From contig OX597824.1 in NCBI GenBank assembly GCA_951406725.2, forward strand, positions 47,058,001 through 47,122,000: DNA of 64,000 bases. The letters are read 5' to 3'. The position numbers and the translations under genes were made by a program. The stretch's first letter is position 1, and the number at the start of each line of letters is the position of its first letter. The DNA is from Octopus vulgaris. Lineage: Eukaryota. Shown here piece after piece: positions 42,093 through 57,143 of this stretch. The notes under the pieces are model-generated. The model ran no database searches and had not been told where the DNA came from. It was given only the letters and a program-made list of their open reading frames with translations.

Positions 42093-42240
42093 GAGGAGGA
42101 GGGGGTGAGGAAGATGGAGAGGAGGAGGGGGTGAGGAAGATGGAGAGGAGGAGGGGGTGAGGAAGATGGAGAGGAGGAGGGGGTGAGGAAGATGGAGAGG
42201 AGGAGGGAGGAGGAGGGAGGGAGGAGGAGGAGGAGGAGGA
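42093..42240. repeat. Polypurine 26-bp minisatellite (x4) followed by (GGA)n
   Basis: Unit GAGGAGGAGGGGGTGAGGAAGATGGA; AAGATGGA recurs at 42111, 42137, 42163, 42189. Confidence 0.9.
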
Positions 42241-43207
42241 GGACTGTCTGCTGAGTCACATTCACACCTAACAAGTATGAAACTGCAGTTCAACGTATGT
42301 ATTCGCCATTGTCATGCCTTTTCTTTGAGCGCTCTCGTAAGGTCCGAGTTGTGACCAACTCGACTTTCATTTAAAAAGAAATAATACTTCACTGGAAAAT
42401 ATCATCCACGTTTCTCTGTTGTCGTCTTGAGCTGAGTAGTTGTTTCTATAGCGAGAGATGAGACAAACACTAGACACCTTTGGACAAATGTCTTATCGTG
42501 AATGTCGATGCAGTCAGTGTTACTATGAAACGTCCGTTTAACTTATGTGAGAAAAATGCCTTGCTGTTTTTCTTCCATCCCTTTAGGCTCTGAGTTTAAA
42601 TCCCACCCAAGTCAACTTAACATGTCATACATTCGAAGGTGATATAATAAGGTGATACCGGTCAAGTATTGGGCTCGATGTAATCGACTATTCCCGCCTC
42701 TTAAAAAAATTGTTGGTCTTGTGATTAAATTAGAAACATTTAGTTGAATGATCTGCATTTGACTGAAATATTGGTTTTAAATTTTGGTACAAGACCAGCA
42801 ATTTCGGGAGAGAAGCTGACCCCTGTGTTCAACTTGTACTTATTTTATCGACCCCGAGAAGGTGAACGGTAAAGTTGACCATGGCGGAATTTGAACGCAG
42901 AACTTACAGCCATCTGTGATGCAACTATTCACTAAATGTGGATAATGAATAAACTATACTTTCCTTTTTCCTTTTACTTGTTTCAGACTGTGGTCATGCT
43001 GGGGCACTGTCTTGAAGAATTTCTAGTCGAAATTCTACAACTCCAGTACTTTTTTTAAAACCTGGTACTTATTCTATAGAACTGTGTTGCCGAACCGCGA
43101 AGTTAGTTGGACGTAAACACACAAACGCCGGTTGTCAAGCGGTGGGGGACGAACACAGACACAAAGCAACACACACACACACATACATATATGTGTGTGT
43201 ATGTGTG

Positions 43208-43278
<71 letters not shown>

Positions 43279-43658
43279 GTTATTCCCAAAGTAATATTTC
43301 AAAATGGTTTCGAGGGATATATAATCCTGGCGGTTACCGTGTTAACTCTTAGAACTGTTCTCAATGCCGGATAGCCACAGCGAATGTTGTTGATAATCGA
43401 GTTAGTGATAATTTACTAGACTCGGTTATTATCTTCGCCTGGTAAATCCGAATATCCCTTTAGGGACGGCATCGTTTCCAGAGGAACGGAGATCTGCACA
43501 TCGTTATTTTATTATACAGTTATTTACATCGTTCTCAGGTATTCAACTGTGATGAAACTGGCCTTTTTTTGAAAAAAGCAAAGAACAATGTAATTAACTA
43601 TAAATAACTATATGATAAAATATGGATGTGCCTATCTCCGTTCCCCTGATCTTTATTA

Positions 43659-43700
<42 letters not shown>

Positions 43701-44381
43701 TACAAATGTGAGAAATTCTGTCTGTGGATGTGTTTGTGGAGTTGTTAGCTAACTCCTCCTACATCGTTTTATCGATTTTGATGAAACTTGACACGTGAGT
43801 AGAACTCAATGTCTGGAAACCTTGTGGCATACTTAGATTGTTGAAAAAAATCGATAATAGGGCCCCTGGAAGGGATCCTTATATATAACCAAGGGAAATA
43901 ACCCATTCTTTTTCCTAAATTATTTGGTAAAAATGAAATTGAGTACGCTTATTTCATAGTATTTGAACTATTAGAGTTATTCTCGCAATTTATCCAGTAC
44001 AACCCTAAAAGAAGTAAATAGTATTTTCCTAAACAATAGATCCACTTATTTCGGTTCATAACTTATTCACGATTATACCAACAACGCACAAAAGAGTTAT
44101 TTGCTTTGAATTGTTATTATCTCATATCTGATTAGCCTGTTATTACGTAACATGCTTCACGATTTTAGTATACATACCGTATTAGTATTTCCTCCTATGT
44201 TCTATATACGCTGGAAACGCATTAAAGCCCTTTTGGGGCTACTTTATTTGAATTCTTACTATCGGGTAACTAATTTCATATTATTACATAACTGACTTCA
44301 CAATTTGGCTATTCATAACTTGTTGGGAATTCTGACTCACTATTGGTCCTCCCTTCTAAGCACACATGCAAATGCACACAT

Positions 44382-44443
<62 letters not shown>

Positions 44444-47400
44444 CCACATCCACCCATTCATATACATGCCACTATAGCTGCTGACCTCTCATAGCGACAC
44501 TAACACACATGCACACAGATCCTACCACATGCACACACACACACACACACATTCACAGACTATTCACACGAACACAAACACACAGATAATACCACACACA
44601 CACACAGTTACCACACACACACACACACACGCTACCACGCACTCACATACACGCTACCGTACACACACACATACCGACCATCTTCACACTCTCCTGTCCC
44701 AGAAAGCACATTCTCTTCCTCCTTCTACTTCCGGTCACTTCAGAAATGAAATCTCACGTGAACTGTAGGCGATTTTTCCTTCTTTCTTCCTTCTTTCCCT
44801 TTGGACTGAAAAAGGACTACAGGTCGTGCAGCTGCTTTATTTAATGACACTGCTCTGGCGCATTTTCGTAGCATTTTGAAAGGCAGGAAAAAGAAAACTT
44901 GTTTTGATGTTTCTAATGAAACAACCTGCAAGGTTGAAAGTGAAGAAAGTGTGTCCAAAACGTCTAGATTAAGAGAAGCGAGAGAGAAAACGCTAGAAAT
45001 TGTTCTTCCTGAAGTCTTAATGGAAGGAGATTCTTCTTCCAATCAATAATCCTCCTCTTCCCCGCTCCATCTTCCTCGCACACAAATCGTCCCATCTTTA
45101 AAGCAATTAAATTAATAAAACCAATTTGCATATTTCTTTTGCATTCTCTATTAATATGTTTTTTATAATTGTCATTTTCCTTGTAACTGCACTTTTTCTG
45201 TTTTAAAACCCATGGCGGTGGTTGGTGGGGCGCTTGAACGGATTAATTGTATTTTAATTAGTTTCAATGGGGAATTGGTTTGTAAAACGCATAAATCGTA
45301 AAACGAGGTTGGTCATGGAACTAATTAAATTCATACTGCAAGGTATCACTATATATATCCATTCACAAAGTTTTTGTCGGCCCGAGACAATACAATAGCA
45401 GAAGGCACATACCCAAGGTGGTATGCAGGGGGACTAAACCCGAAACCATGTAGTTGGGAAGCAAGCTTCTTACCACACAGCCACTTTTGCACCTATTTCC
45501 ATCTTTATTCTCTCCTTTTTCAGTTGTTCATTCTTTTCCTCCATCATTCGTACATATCTTTGGTTCATTCAGTTTTCCCTTCTTTACCCAGCTCTTTTCA
45601 TTCCCAACGATACTTATTTATTTTTCTCATCATGTTCTTTGTCCTTCTTTGTTCATTTTAATACTCGTTTTATACTTTCGTTATTCTTAATTACGAATGA
45701 AAAGAAAACCAATATTTCAAATTTTTTACTGAAATAAGACCAGATGTACTTGCACATACTTCCTGCAATTCAGGACGTTTATAAGGATAGATAATTGGTT
45801 CCCTTTTCATCGCTTTACGTGGATGGGAGATTCATTATCTCTTAGTCAACCGACCTATCAGAGAGTCCCCAGGTCCCTTCTCAACAGTAGTGCTACATTG
45901 CATCCTTCTAAAATACTTATAAAATACTTAATTTTGGACTGTAACTAGATGACATGGAGTAGTGAAATTTCCCACTGTAAAAGGATGTTTCAGTAGACGA
46001 GTTTCCAGGGAGACATACACTCTATTCTTGACAGCTGGGTGTAATGAAGTAATGTAGAAGAATGGAGTCCTTTGCTCAGCAACACAATGAAATGCTAGCA
46101 GCTGATATGATCTCACAGCCGATGTGCAGGTTGTTCATATCTTATCTACCCCACCTTTTACATTGTGACAGAATAGTTTTATCCCTTTACATCGTGACAG
46201 AATAGTTATATTTATTTATGTATTAATTGTGGAACCTTGGTTAAAGATTTACAGTCTAATGTTTAAGAAATATCCAAATGACGAAAACCATAGACAAAAG
46301 TTTCATTTGGCTTACCATATGCTCGCAAACTGCCATTTATTATGCAACATGTCATGGCGTCGCTCTTTAGCTTTAATTGATGCAAGACTCACGACAGCTG
46401 AAATGGAAACCTATCCAGTTGGTTCTTATTTAAGTGAATAGTGTTTTTATCTACCTCAACAAACATAGGCTTAAGAGAGAGATGGAAAGAGAATAAAGAA
46501 GAATGAGGGAGAGAAAGAGACAGAAAGTAAGAGGTAGAGAAAGATAATGTGTGTGTGTGTGTGATTGTGTGTCAGAGGGGGTAAAAAAGCACCTGTTTAT
46601 TTTATTCCCTATAAAAAGAAACTATTTCTTTTTATAGAATAGAAAACATTTTTTTAAACGACTAAGAGCAAATGGGTGTCTCAATAGCGTTAGTATCCAA
46701 AGTGTCGCTTGTGTGAAACACGATTTATCAGAGCAAACATTCATTCGTGACGTTCTAATTAATTGACTGCTTTGAGAGTGAAAAATATTACAAACTTATA
46801 CAGGAGAAAAAATTTACTTAAGGACACAAATTAGTGGAATTCCACCATTAGTCTAATGTTTATTCAGTAACGTAATGACTACCTTGTTGGCGAGAACCTT
46901 AGTTACAGAGTTGACAGCCAACCAGTCAAACAGTTTGTGAATCTCTCAATATCGGCGCTGCATTGTCACTATCAGATACAATTCGAAACTATACTTAGGT
47001 ACCTTGGAACGGTTCAGTATTCCACTATCGAAGAGTGCTATATAAATTTATAAGCATTGCATTATATTTCAGTGTTAAGACCCCTTTAAAAGTAAAAGAA
47101 ATCACTTGTGTGTACTCTCTTTTGATTATTGTTTCGTCTTGTTTGTTTTACGGGTTTTTTTAAGTATCAGATATTCCTGATAAATTGAGTCTGTGTTAGA
47201 GCTGCTTCCAGTCATACATACAATTTATGCCATTTGCACAATCTCCCAATTTTATTCTTAAAATCATATTTGATGACCGAACTATCAATCCGGAAGTAAT
47301 CGATGCATATCCCGCAACCAATGTTACAATTTGTCAGGAGCTTAAGTTTTAAGTGATTTCAATTCACATAGCCCCAGTAGGTGTTGCATGGTAGTAATAT

Positions 47401-48501
47401 TCCCAACTGTATGCAGTGGTAGAATTTGAAAAGTGAATGATTTTTTTGGTTTTTAATACAAATTCGGTTTAACCTGATATCCCCACCCTCGGGGAAAACA
47501 TACCAGTTATATACTGGACATCATATCTTTTTATCGTCGTCATATCTAATCAATGATTTGAATATTTTGAGCTTAGGCATGAGACAACAAACCAGGGAAG
47601 GATAAAGTCGATTATATCAGTCCTGTTGACGATTTTTTTACATTATCGGTCCCGGAAAAATAGAAGGTAAAAAATTACCATAGTGGGTATTGAAGCTTCA
47701 ACGTAAAGGCATCTAGCTGAACACCATACATCATCAAATTGAGACCCTGCCTAATCCGCCATTCATTAGCCTAATAAACCTAATGATAACGGTTTATAAC
47801 TTGGAAACGAAGCTAAATTCTGCAAAAACCTTTATCTGACTCCACCTTAACTACCTTCTTAATATCCATTACCCTTATAATATCAATTTCTTGTCGGGGT
47901 GGGAAGGAACAGGGAAAAGTCGATTTTATCGACCCTGATACACGAATAGTATTTTATTTTATCGACCCCAGAAGACAAAATTATCTAATGATGACGCCGA
48001 AAACCGTTTATGATGTAGATAATGGCCGCACATTTTGGTTCTGGAAGTAGTCGATTAAAACAACATCAGTACTCGTATGGAACTTACTTTATTGCTTGTC
48101 CAGAGGGATAAAAGAATGAAGGCTAAGTCTACGACTTGGTTTCGATTTTTATACGAAGACAGGAATGTTATCATACTGACACCTACCCCCATTACACTGT
48201 ACATTCGTTAAGAACAATTCTGCCGAAGCACACCGAAGACCCAGTTGTTTGTGGTATGTTTCTTTTACCAATTCTACAATAAATTTTAGGCAGGGATCAA
48301 AACAGTAAAAACTCTCCTAGGATAAAATAAATGGAGAGGAGTTTGGTATTGGTGTGTGTGTATGTTTTCCTTTTGCTTTGCTTTTTGTTTGTTTTGTCTT
48401 TGTTTTGTTTTGTTTTTGTTTTATTGATTGCCAATGACTCAAAAAGGAATAAACAGGAATACACTAATTGTTTAATTTCAATTTTTTTTTATACAATTCA
48501 G

Positions 48502-48672
48502 AAAAACAACCGACAACTACAGTTCCACTTCCTGTTGTCACATCTGTTGTTTACTGCAAACATGACGGTGCCTTTTATAGATTTGGAAGAATCTTTCACG
48601 CAGGAGATGGCTGTAATTTATGTGGCTGTTCGCTTCTAGGAAAAGTAATCTGTACCAAAAAATCGTGCAACG
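48502..48672 (+). CDS. Exon 12: six-Cys module
   Basis: caattcag|AA...AACG|gttggt; 171 bp; (E)KQPTTTVPLPVVTSVVYCKHDGAFYRFGRIFHAGDGCNLCGCSLLGKVICTKKSCN. Confidence 0.87.
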
Positions 48673-49549
48673 GTTGGTAACTCTACGATAGCATTTTGAA
48701 TATTTGATTCGCCTGACCCACCACAAAGCCTCATTTTACATGCATATGTAATTACATATATATTTGTACATAGATATGAGTATAAACATACCATATACTG
48801 AACTGCTGAAGAAACATCATAAAATATATCTAGAGTATCTAAGGGCACAATTATTAACTCATCGTTAAACTCCAATACATTTTAGAATTGGGAGGGGAGG
48901 AGGTAGCTCTAATCCTGTTCTCTTACAACATCATTCTATCGCTATTTGTGGATTACTACTAACAACTTGTACACAAAACTATACAAAGAAAAATTCTACA
49001 TCTTTCTTTCGCATGCTCTCGGATGTTATAACCTATCCGTCGAGGTAAGGTATTTTTCAACATAACTGTAAATAAATACTTTCTTGAAACTTCATGCATT
49101 GTTCATCTTCCACATCCTACAACATGCCGTTATAACAACAAATTTAACATCAACGGGATGTTAAATAACAGCCCGATTATGTAACCCTGCGTTCTTCAGA
49201 GTTGCCAATTATAGAGAAAAAAATATGGCGACTGCTCTCTATTGTAGGAGATGAAGAAACACATCCAGTTTGTGGTAGCCGTGAAAAAAGGTGAAATGAA
49301 CTGAGCATGGATTAAGTCAAGAGTTATGTCGCTTGGCACCAATCGGCCTCTTAGGTGTTGCAAGGCTGCAAACGTTTTCTGTAAATGCGTGTACGGTTTA
49401 GCGGTTGCTATTCGTGTAGATCTGGAATGTCTGCAGTGGTACTATATTGTAGCGTTTTGGGGAGGAGTGCAGGGGTATAGGGTTGCTGGGCAAATGTCCT
49501 AAGTGCCTATGAGTTCGTTTGTGTGTTTGTTTTGAGTGAAAGGCATCCC

Positions 49550-49890
49550 AAGACCATCACTGTGTGGATGTTGACAGCAGATGGATTTTCTGACCAGCGG
49601 AACCTGACCCTTCCTTCAGAATCGGAAAAGCAAGCGCTCCAATCTGGTCAGAGTTTTCATAGGACAAGGTACGACAGATAGGCAGTAGTACAATACCGAT
49701 ATATGCATTCGCTACTTCCGCTCGGTCTTTCAGAGACGGCTTCCTTTCTGCCCATTTCTGGGTGAGCCTGGCTATCCCAGTCATGACCTCTTCCCGGTTC
49801 CTATCTACCGGGAGATCTAGTCCGAACCAGACTCCGAGCACTTTCACCGGACCCTCCGTCCGACGACAGAAACCGCTGCTAGTTGACTTG
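49550..49890 (-). mobile_element. L1/Tx1-like ORF2 fragment (post-RT region)
   Basis: GPVKVLGVWFG...NREEV...KWAERKPSLKDRAEVANAYI. Confidence 0.75.
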
Positions 49891-50017
49891 CCTCTCCAAG
49901 ACAAAATGTCGGACGAAATGTCGCTAAGCATTTTGCCGGGGGTGCTAACAACTCTGCCAGTTCTTCTTATTCTTTCTTTACACATTGCAACTATATCATG
50001 TAATTTTTACAAAAGCT

Positions 50018-50049
<32 letters not shown>

Positions 50050-50560
50050 CTAGCGGTTACCAGGCCGTCTCTGGCCTGTACTGTCCTCAGATATATTCAT
50101 AAGGCATCTGTCGTAATGCCTATGCGTCAGAGCGTAGTTAAAGGCCGCTAGTCACCACTCTTCGCGAGAAAAAAGTTAACATTCCAACCTGACTCTGTTT
50201 TCTGTTCGCTGGAGCCGGCATTTCTGGCTGCATTACGTTGAAGTTGTTCTGTTAACACCTGTTCTCTTAAGCGGGCTTTTCTATCGGCTTGAGACTCCAA
50301 TCTCCGTCGATTCTGCTCTGGTGCTTCTTGTTCCCCCAAGTGAGTTTGCCTGGTTGTTTCAAACTGAAGTTTTACTTCTCGTTGTTCTTGTGTCGCCACG
50401 GCATTTCATTGTCATTGAGATTGGAGCCTGTTCTTTCTTCGTATGTTTCCCTAGCCCTTCGACTTCAGGAGCATCGGGATTCAGATGATTGAAAGGTATT
50501 ATGTTGTCTTCTGTGCATCATATTGAATGATCTAAAGTAAAATATCAAAAGAAAAAAATC
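50050..50560 (-). mobile_element. Helitron remnant (3' end plus RepHel N-terminal charged repeats)
   Basis: CTAG at 50050-50053 next to hairpin CAGGCC-GTCTCT-GGCCTG; minus ORF 50148..50399 has E-x-x-EQ-x-R-x-x-RL repeats typical of RepHel N-termini. 5' end not located. Confidence 0.6.
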
Positions 50561-51084
50561 AAAGATAAATCCCGTAACATTCAATTAATTTTTTGTTGTT
50601 TTTAAATTCAATCATGTGACTTTATTTCATCAAAACTAACAAACTTCATAAAAATCGCTCAAATATAACAATAACACTGCTTGTAGATATCACAAAACTT
50701 CACTTCACAAAACGAAAATACGATTGCTTCGAATCATAGCACATGAAACACAAGGAATGTTCAAATTACGATATAGCAGAAGACTATATATATATAGGCG
50801 CATGGCTCAGTGGTTAAAGCATTTGGCTCACAATCATGGGGTAGTGAATTCGATTCCCGAACCGGACTGTATGCTGTGTTCTTGAGCAAGAGACTTTATT
50901 TCACGTTGCTCCAGACTGTATCGGCCTTTGCCTTTCCCTTGGATAGGGGAAGTTGCCTTGGAGAGGGTAGGCTGGTAGGCATGGGCAGCTGCTGGTCTTC
51001 CATAAACAATCTTGCCCGGACTCGTACTTAGGAGGGGAACTTTCAAGGTACAATTCCACAGTCATTCATTAACGAAGGGGTCTT

Positions 51085-51178
<94 letters not shown>

Positions 51179-51511
51179 AACTATCTATCTATCTATCTAT
51201 CTGTCTATCTATATCTATATATATATATATTGCGGTGACGCAATGGCCCAGTGGTTAGGACAGCGGACTCGCGGTCGTAGGATCGTGATTTCGATTCCCA
51301 GACAGGACGTTGTGAGTGTTTATTGAGCGAAAACACCTAAAGCTTCACGAGGCTCCGGCAGGGGGTGGTGGCGGTCCCTGCTGTACTCTTTCGCCACAAG
51401 TTTCTCTCATTCTTTCTTCTGTTGGCCAGCTCGCTTAGCCAGCGGGATGGCGTCATTTGAAGGCTAAAACAATGCGAAACGCATTGTGACCAGCGATGTG
51501 TAGCAACATCG

Positions 51512-51675
<164 letters not shown>

Positions 51676-51676
51676 T

Positions 51677-51894
51677 ACGAGGGATGCTGAAAAGTTCCTG
51701 TCTTTGGGTAAAAGAATATATAGAGGAGGATCAGATAATTATGATTTTATTCAACATATTCTCCTCTCAGACTCACACACTTAGTTCAGCGGTCCTTCAG
51801 TTTTTCTAAACCTTGTAAAAGAACTCGGAATATTGGGTCTCCAACCAGGGTTTCGCGACATCCTTAAAGCCAGGATCTTTTCAGCATTCCTTCG

Positions 51895-51895
<1 letters not shown>
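51677..51895. mobile_element. Tc1/mariner terminal fragment
   Basis: TA-CGAGGGATGCTGAAAAGTTCCTG resembles a mariner-type TIR; partner TIR not seen. Confidence 0.45.
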
Positions 51896-51969
<74 letters not shown>

Positions 51970-52064
51970 ATGCATGTATGTATGTATATATATATACATA
52001 TATGTATTTATATATATATACACATATATACCGATACATATATATAAGTATATATGTGTCTGTG

Positions 52065-52203
<139 letters not shown>

Positions 52204-52626
52204 TATACATATATATATATACGTTGAAGGGCGAAACTGATAACTAAATTCGTCTGCATTTAGTATCTGTAACTGTCACTTCCAACTCCATTTGTTGCTT
52301 TAGTTTTCTTTTCCCAGTGTAACTGAGGAAATTATCTTTACAACGTCCATAAATTATTTTTACAACTTCTATACTTCCGAACTTCAAATTGTAAAGGTGA
52401 TCTATACCCCACTCCCAAATCCGTTTTCGGAAGTAAAATGTCCATAGTGAGGATGACGGAGGTTAGATTAGTTAGAGAAATACCTGTTATACACTAAGAT
52501 CAATCAATCGAGTATCCCTCATCTCTAAAAAGTTCTCCTTATGCCAGATGTTAATATAAACGATACTGAAATTTTGTATGTCTTTATTGTGATTAAGCTA
52601 ATTCAAACATTATTTTTCATAAACAG

Positions 52627-52809
52627 AGATGCATAAACCAACACTCCCACCGTTTCCATTAAAGACAGAAATGTTTCTGAATATGTGCTTCTATAAGGGC
52701 CGCCTGTATAACCTTGGATCTATGTACACTTCCGAAGATGGCTGCGTTCGCTGTGTTTGCAGGTCTAAGAAGTCCATGCAGTGTAAGAAAAACTCCTGCG
52801 CTAACTCAG
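52627..52809 (+). CDS. Exon 13: six-Cys module
   Basis: tcataaacag|AG...TCAG|gttagt; 183 bp; (E)MHKPTLPPFPLKTEMFLNMCFYKGRLYNLGSMYTSEDGCVRCVCRSKKSMQCKKNSCANS. Confidence 0.88.
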
Positions 52810-53869
52810 GTTAGTTGATCTATTTTGACTGTAATATCAAATTGGGGGGGGGGGGGGCGCGTGCGCATAAGTGAGTATAGAATCAGAACTAACCTCATAC
52901 CACCAAACTGGACTTCATTCATAAACAGAGACCGCAGAAACATCCTCCAGCAGGATACGTCACTCTCGTTTCTTTGAATATCACACAGATACTGATTCAG
53001 TCACTGCTCAGTTCGAGAAAGCAATCTTGTACCTCACCCTCTCTAGTCTTTGGACATCATGCAATCAAAGTACTGTAAATGCTACCCCTGATAATAGCTG
53101 ATGACATTTTTTGGCGACCTACATATATAGCAAAGATCAGGAAAGTCAAACATACTGAACGCGATAATGTTTAGTCTGATCCGGCTCAATTTTATATTTT
53201 TAAAAAATTATTCTTTTAATTTTAAAATATTCTGTAAAATACATATCGCAAGCATGGGTTTACAGTTGAAGCTAGACTAGAGTCGTGATTAACGCGGCTA
53301 AAATGAGTGAACCTCAAGGAATCTTTTGTTATCCCAACCAATGAAAAAGAAGTTTATGATTCAATACATTAGATGATGTGACCTATTTCCTCTTCGCTTG
53401 CCGAATTAAATGGATTTTATAATATAATATATTTATACAATAAATGGAATCTATTTCGATGGATACGTACGTGTCCATCCAAATAGATCCCAATTATATG
53501 AATGATATTGAAAGAGTTTGCAACTGAAACAGCTTTATTAAGAACTATCTAGCTTTCTTGAGAACCATGTGCATTCATTTGCACAATTTTTATCTCCGTT
53601 CTCACACCAAGGACTGTATATATACTATGCGGATGAGTTTCTCCACTCATCTCTGCACATAAATTATGTTAAACGTCTCATCTTCTGTCCTTTGTTGCTG
53701 ATAAAGTTGTTTTAATGTATACTGATCCACTTTATCTATTATTTTAGCCTACATTATAATTAATGCTTTTCGAAATAATTGTTCCTATCCGGCTCACAAG
53801 ATCTAGTTTATACTTCAATCCGACCCGCAAAGCCAAACGAATTTGACACGCCTTTTATAAATAAGACTG

Positions 53870-54280
53870 AAGCCCACTTGCTGATCTTTTACAAAGCTCA
53901 AGTAAAATCCACACTGGAATACTATTCCAATATCGTGAATGCTGCAGTTCAAATCAACATTATAGGCCACATCCTAAAGAAGAGCGTCATACTGATTGAC
54001 TACATTCATCAACAAACTACAATATCTCGACCTCAAACATGCTGTCTTCTCTCTTTTCCGCTTATTTTGCTATTACAGTGACCTTTCTACCTTTAAACTC
54101 ACTACTTACACACAACCTGCAAGCTTGTCTCCCTTCTCACCCCTATACTGTGTCGTTCCTCACAATTTTACAACCACGTTTATCAGTCCTTCCTTCCCAG
54201 AGTATCAGCTAAATGGAATTCCCTCTTGATGATGTTATCCCTACATATTCAACCGCAATGGATACTGACCCTCTTCGTAA
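53870..54280 (+). mobile_element. Degenerate LINE (CR1/L2/Jockey group) RT C-terminal fragment
   Basis: LLIFYKAQVKSTLEYYSNI followed, across frameshifts, by KLQYL...HAVFSLFRLFCYY. Confidence 0.55.
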
Positions 54281-57109
54281 TTAAAACCATAATGAATAGT
54301 CAAGTGAAGCTGTTAAATAAAATATGGCCCAGGTTGTTGACTGTTGAAAAATATCTGAGGTGTTCTAATCTATAACAGATTTCTTCGCTTTACTTTCTTT
54401 ATATACTTTCATTCTATTTTCTTTTGATTTACTCAGCAGCATCGGTTGCTTTCAAGAATAGGAATATCATTATCCCAAGACTTGATAGTTTATGTGACGC
54501 TAACTGTCAATATTGATTACATTATTCTTCACATGTTTTTCTTAACTTTCAGCTTATTTTCAGCTCCACGTTTATATTGATTATTCATTAAATCAATCAT
54601 TTTCCTTGGTTTTTAACGAGTTGATTCGGTCTAGCTTTTCTTCTATCTTCTTTTTCTAGACAGTTTGTTAGGGTACCAAATTAAAAAGGCGACGCATATG
54701 AGACATTATAAAGGCAACATTTCAAAACAGTTGAGATTTTGATTGAGTATGATATGGAATCTTGGGTAACAACAGACAAATTAATGTGAAATATACTGCT
54801 TATATTTTACAAAGGACGGTTACCCGGGAACCTCGCGAACACTGGATTATTCTGTCAAGAGCAAAAATAATAAAACTACATTAGAAAATAGAATGAAAGT
54901 ATATAAAGAAAGTAAAGCGTAGAAATCTGTTATAGATTAGAGCACCTCAGAAACCTGGGCCATATTTTATTCACGAAATGTACGTACTCTCTCTGTGTAG
55001 ACAGTCGAGAAACAGTGAAAAAGTTAATATAAACCACGTCGCGTAGCTGTGTGTTAAAAAGCTTGCTTCCTAACCACATGGTTTCGGGTTCAGTTCCACT
55101 ACGCTATAGTCTCGACCCGACCAAAGCCTTGTGGGTGGATTTGGTAGACGGAAACTGAAAGAAACCCGTCGTGTGTGTGTGTGTGTGTGTATGTGTGTGT
55201 GTGCGCACGCATGTGTGTGTAAGTGTGTATTTATATGAGTATGTATCTTTGTGTCTGTGTTTGTTCCCCCACCATCGCTTGACCACCGATGTTGGTGTGT
55301 TTATGTCCCTATAACTTAGCGGTTCGTCAAAAGGGATCCGATAAATAAGTACTAGGCTTACAAAGAATAAGTCTTGGAGTCGATTTCTTCGATTAAAACT
55401 CTTTAAGGCGATGCTCCAGCATGACCACAGTCAAATGACTGAAACGTATAAAAGAATAAAAGAATAAAGGAATAACCCAACAATGATGTGAAGTTCTACC
55501 CATTGATGTGACATCACTGGTGATGTCACTTCCGGTTATGTGAAATCATAGCCTCTAATCTTCTCTTATTGCCCTATCACTGTTGGTTTTTACATTAAAC
55601 ATGACGCAGGCATGGCTGAGTGGTAATTCTTACTACACAGCCATGCGTGCTTCCTAACCACATGGTTCTGGGTTTAGTCGCACTGCATGGCTTTTGGGGC
55701 AAGTATCTTCTATTATTGCCTCGGGACGACCAAAGCCTTGTGAGTGGATTTGGGAAACGGAAACTGAAAGAAGCTCGTCGGGGGTGTGCGTGCGTGTGTG
55801 TGTGTCGTTGTGTCTATGTTTGTCTACCAACCGGTATTGGTGTGTTTATGTACCCGTAACTTAGTGGTTCGAAAAATAGCGATAGAATAAGTATTAGGCT
55901 TTAAAAAAAATAAGCCCTGGGGTCGATTTCTTCGACTAAAACCCTTCAAGGCGGTGCTCCAAGATAGCCACAGTCAAATGACTGAACAGGTAAAAGAGTA
56001 AAAGAATAAAAGAATACTCGCTTCTAACTTGACCAATACAAAAATATAAACTAGAAGAACACGAGAAAACGTTATTGCTAATACTGTATGAATTCCTCTA
56101 GCATAATTGTAGTACGTCGTTATTAAATAAGCTACGATTCAAGAGACTGAGCTCCTCTCAATATGACATGAGATATGCAAGTTGATATCTCAGTTTTCTG
56201 GTTTTTAAATTGTAAATTTTGAGAAAAAATTTGATACTGAGTATTAAATTTCAAGGTGACTTGGCGGGGGAGGGGTCTTAATGATTCTCTAATTTATAAA
56301 GACGTTTGAAACTTACATGGATATATATTAATAATACTAAAGCTCTAGAGATGTTTGTGTGTACCCGAAATATCTCAGAAATAGTGTATTTTATCTTAAT
56401 TCTTTTTTGCATATTTATTTTCAAACTTACCTTCGGCAGTGCAGTACAATATATTTGTGATATATGGGACTATTTATTAAGAAAAACGATTAAACACAAT
56501 TTTTGTTATTTCTTGAAGAAAACAAAAATATCGCTTCCGTGGCGTCAACACACATACACATATACAGAAAAATACACACACATATAATGAACGTCATGGC
56601 ATGTCAATCAACACAAACACACGTCCGCTATCTGTGATATATACACACACACACAGGGTTCGCGCTCACTAAAGAAAAAAACATTGACTTTTTCATGTAC
56701 ACAATACTTTTATCATTTAGAAATATTTTTAACTGAATGTGATTTCAAAAATGTAAGTTGTTTGTACAGTATTTATATTTTAGCTTTCTTTGAACAGACA
56801 GTATTTTAATGTTTTTCTTTAATTATCGCTTGTCGTCCGGAGTTCGTTAATTTTCGTAAAAAAATTTTATTTATTTTTGTTTTAAAGTGAAAGAGAGGAG
56901 AAAGTGAAAGATGCATGTACGTGTATATGAAATGGACGTGTGTGTGTGAAAGAGTGAGAGAGAGGAAGAGAGAGAGAAAAAGAGAGTGAAGAAGTGTGTT
57001 GTTATGTATACGTACATGCATCAATACATATGCGTACATTTTTGTATGTACATGCGCATGTATGTGTAAGAGAGAGTGAACGTGTGTGTTCTCATGTATA
57101 TGTAAGTAG

Positions 57110-57143
<34 letters not shown>

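Noticed and set aside
41750-42293. Pro/Ser-rich ORFs
   Set aside because: Derived from the polypurine minisatellite and an adjacent SINE.
43690-45360. Possible additional Helitron-like element
   Set aside because: The 5' region is suggestive, but no convincing hairpin/CTAG 3' end or coding remnant was found.
54555-54582. ttttcag|CTCCACGT resembling the start of exon 6
   Set aside because: In-frame TGA after four codons and no cysteine pattern.
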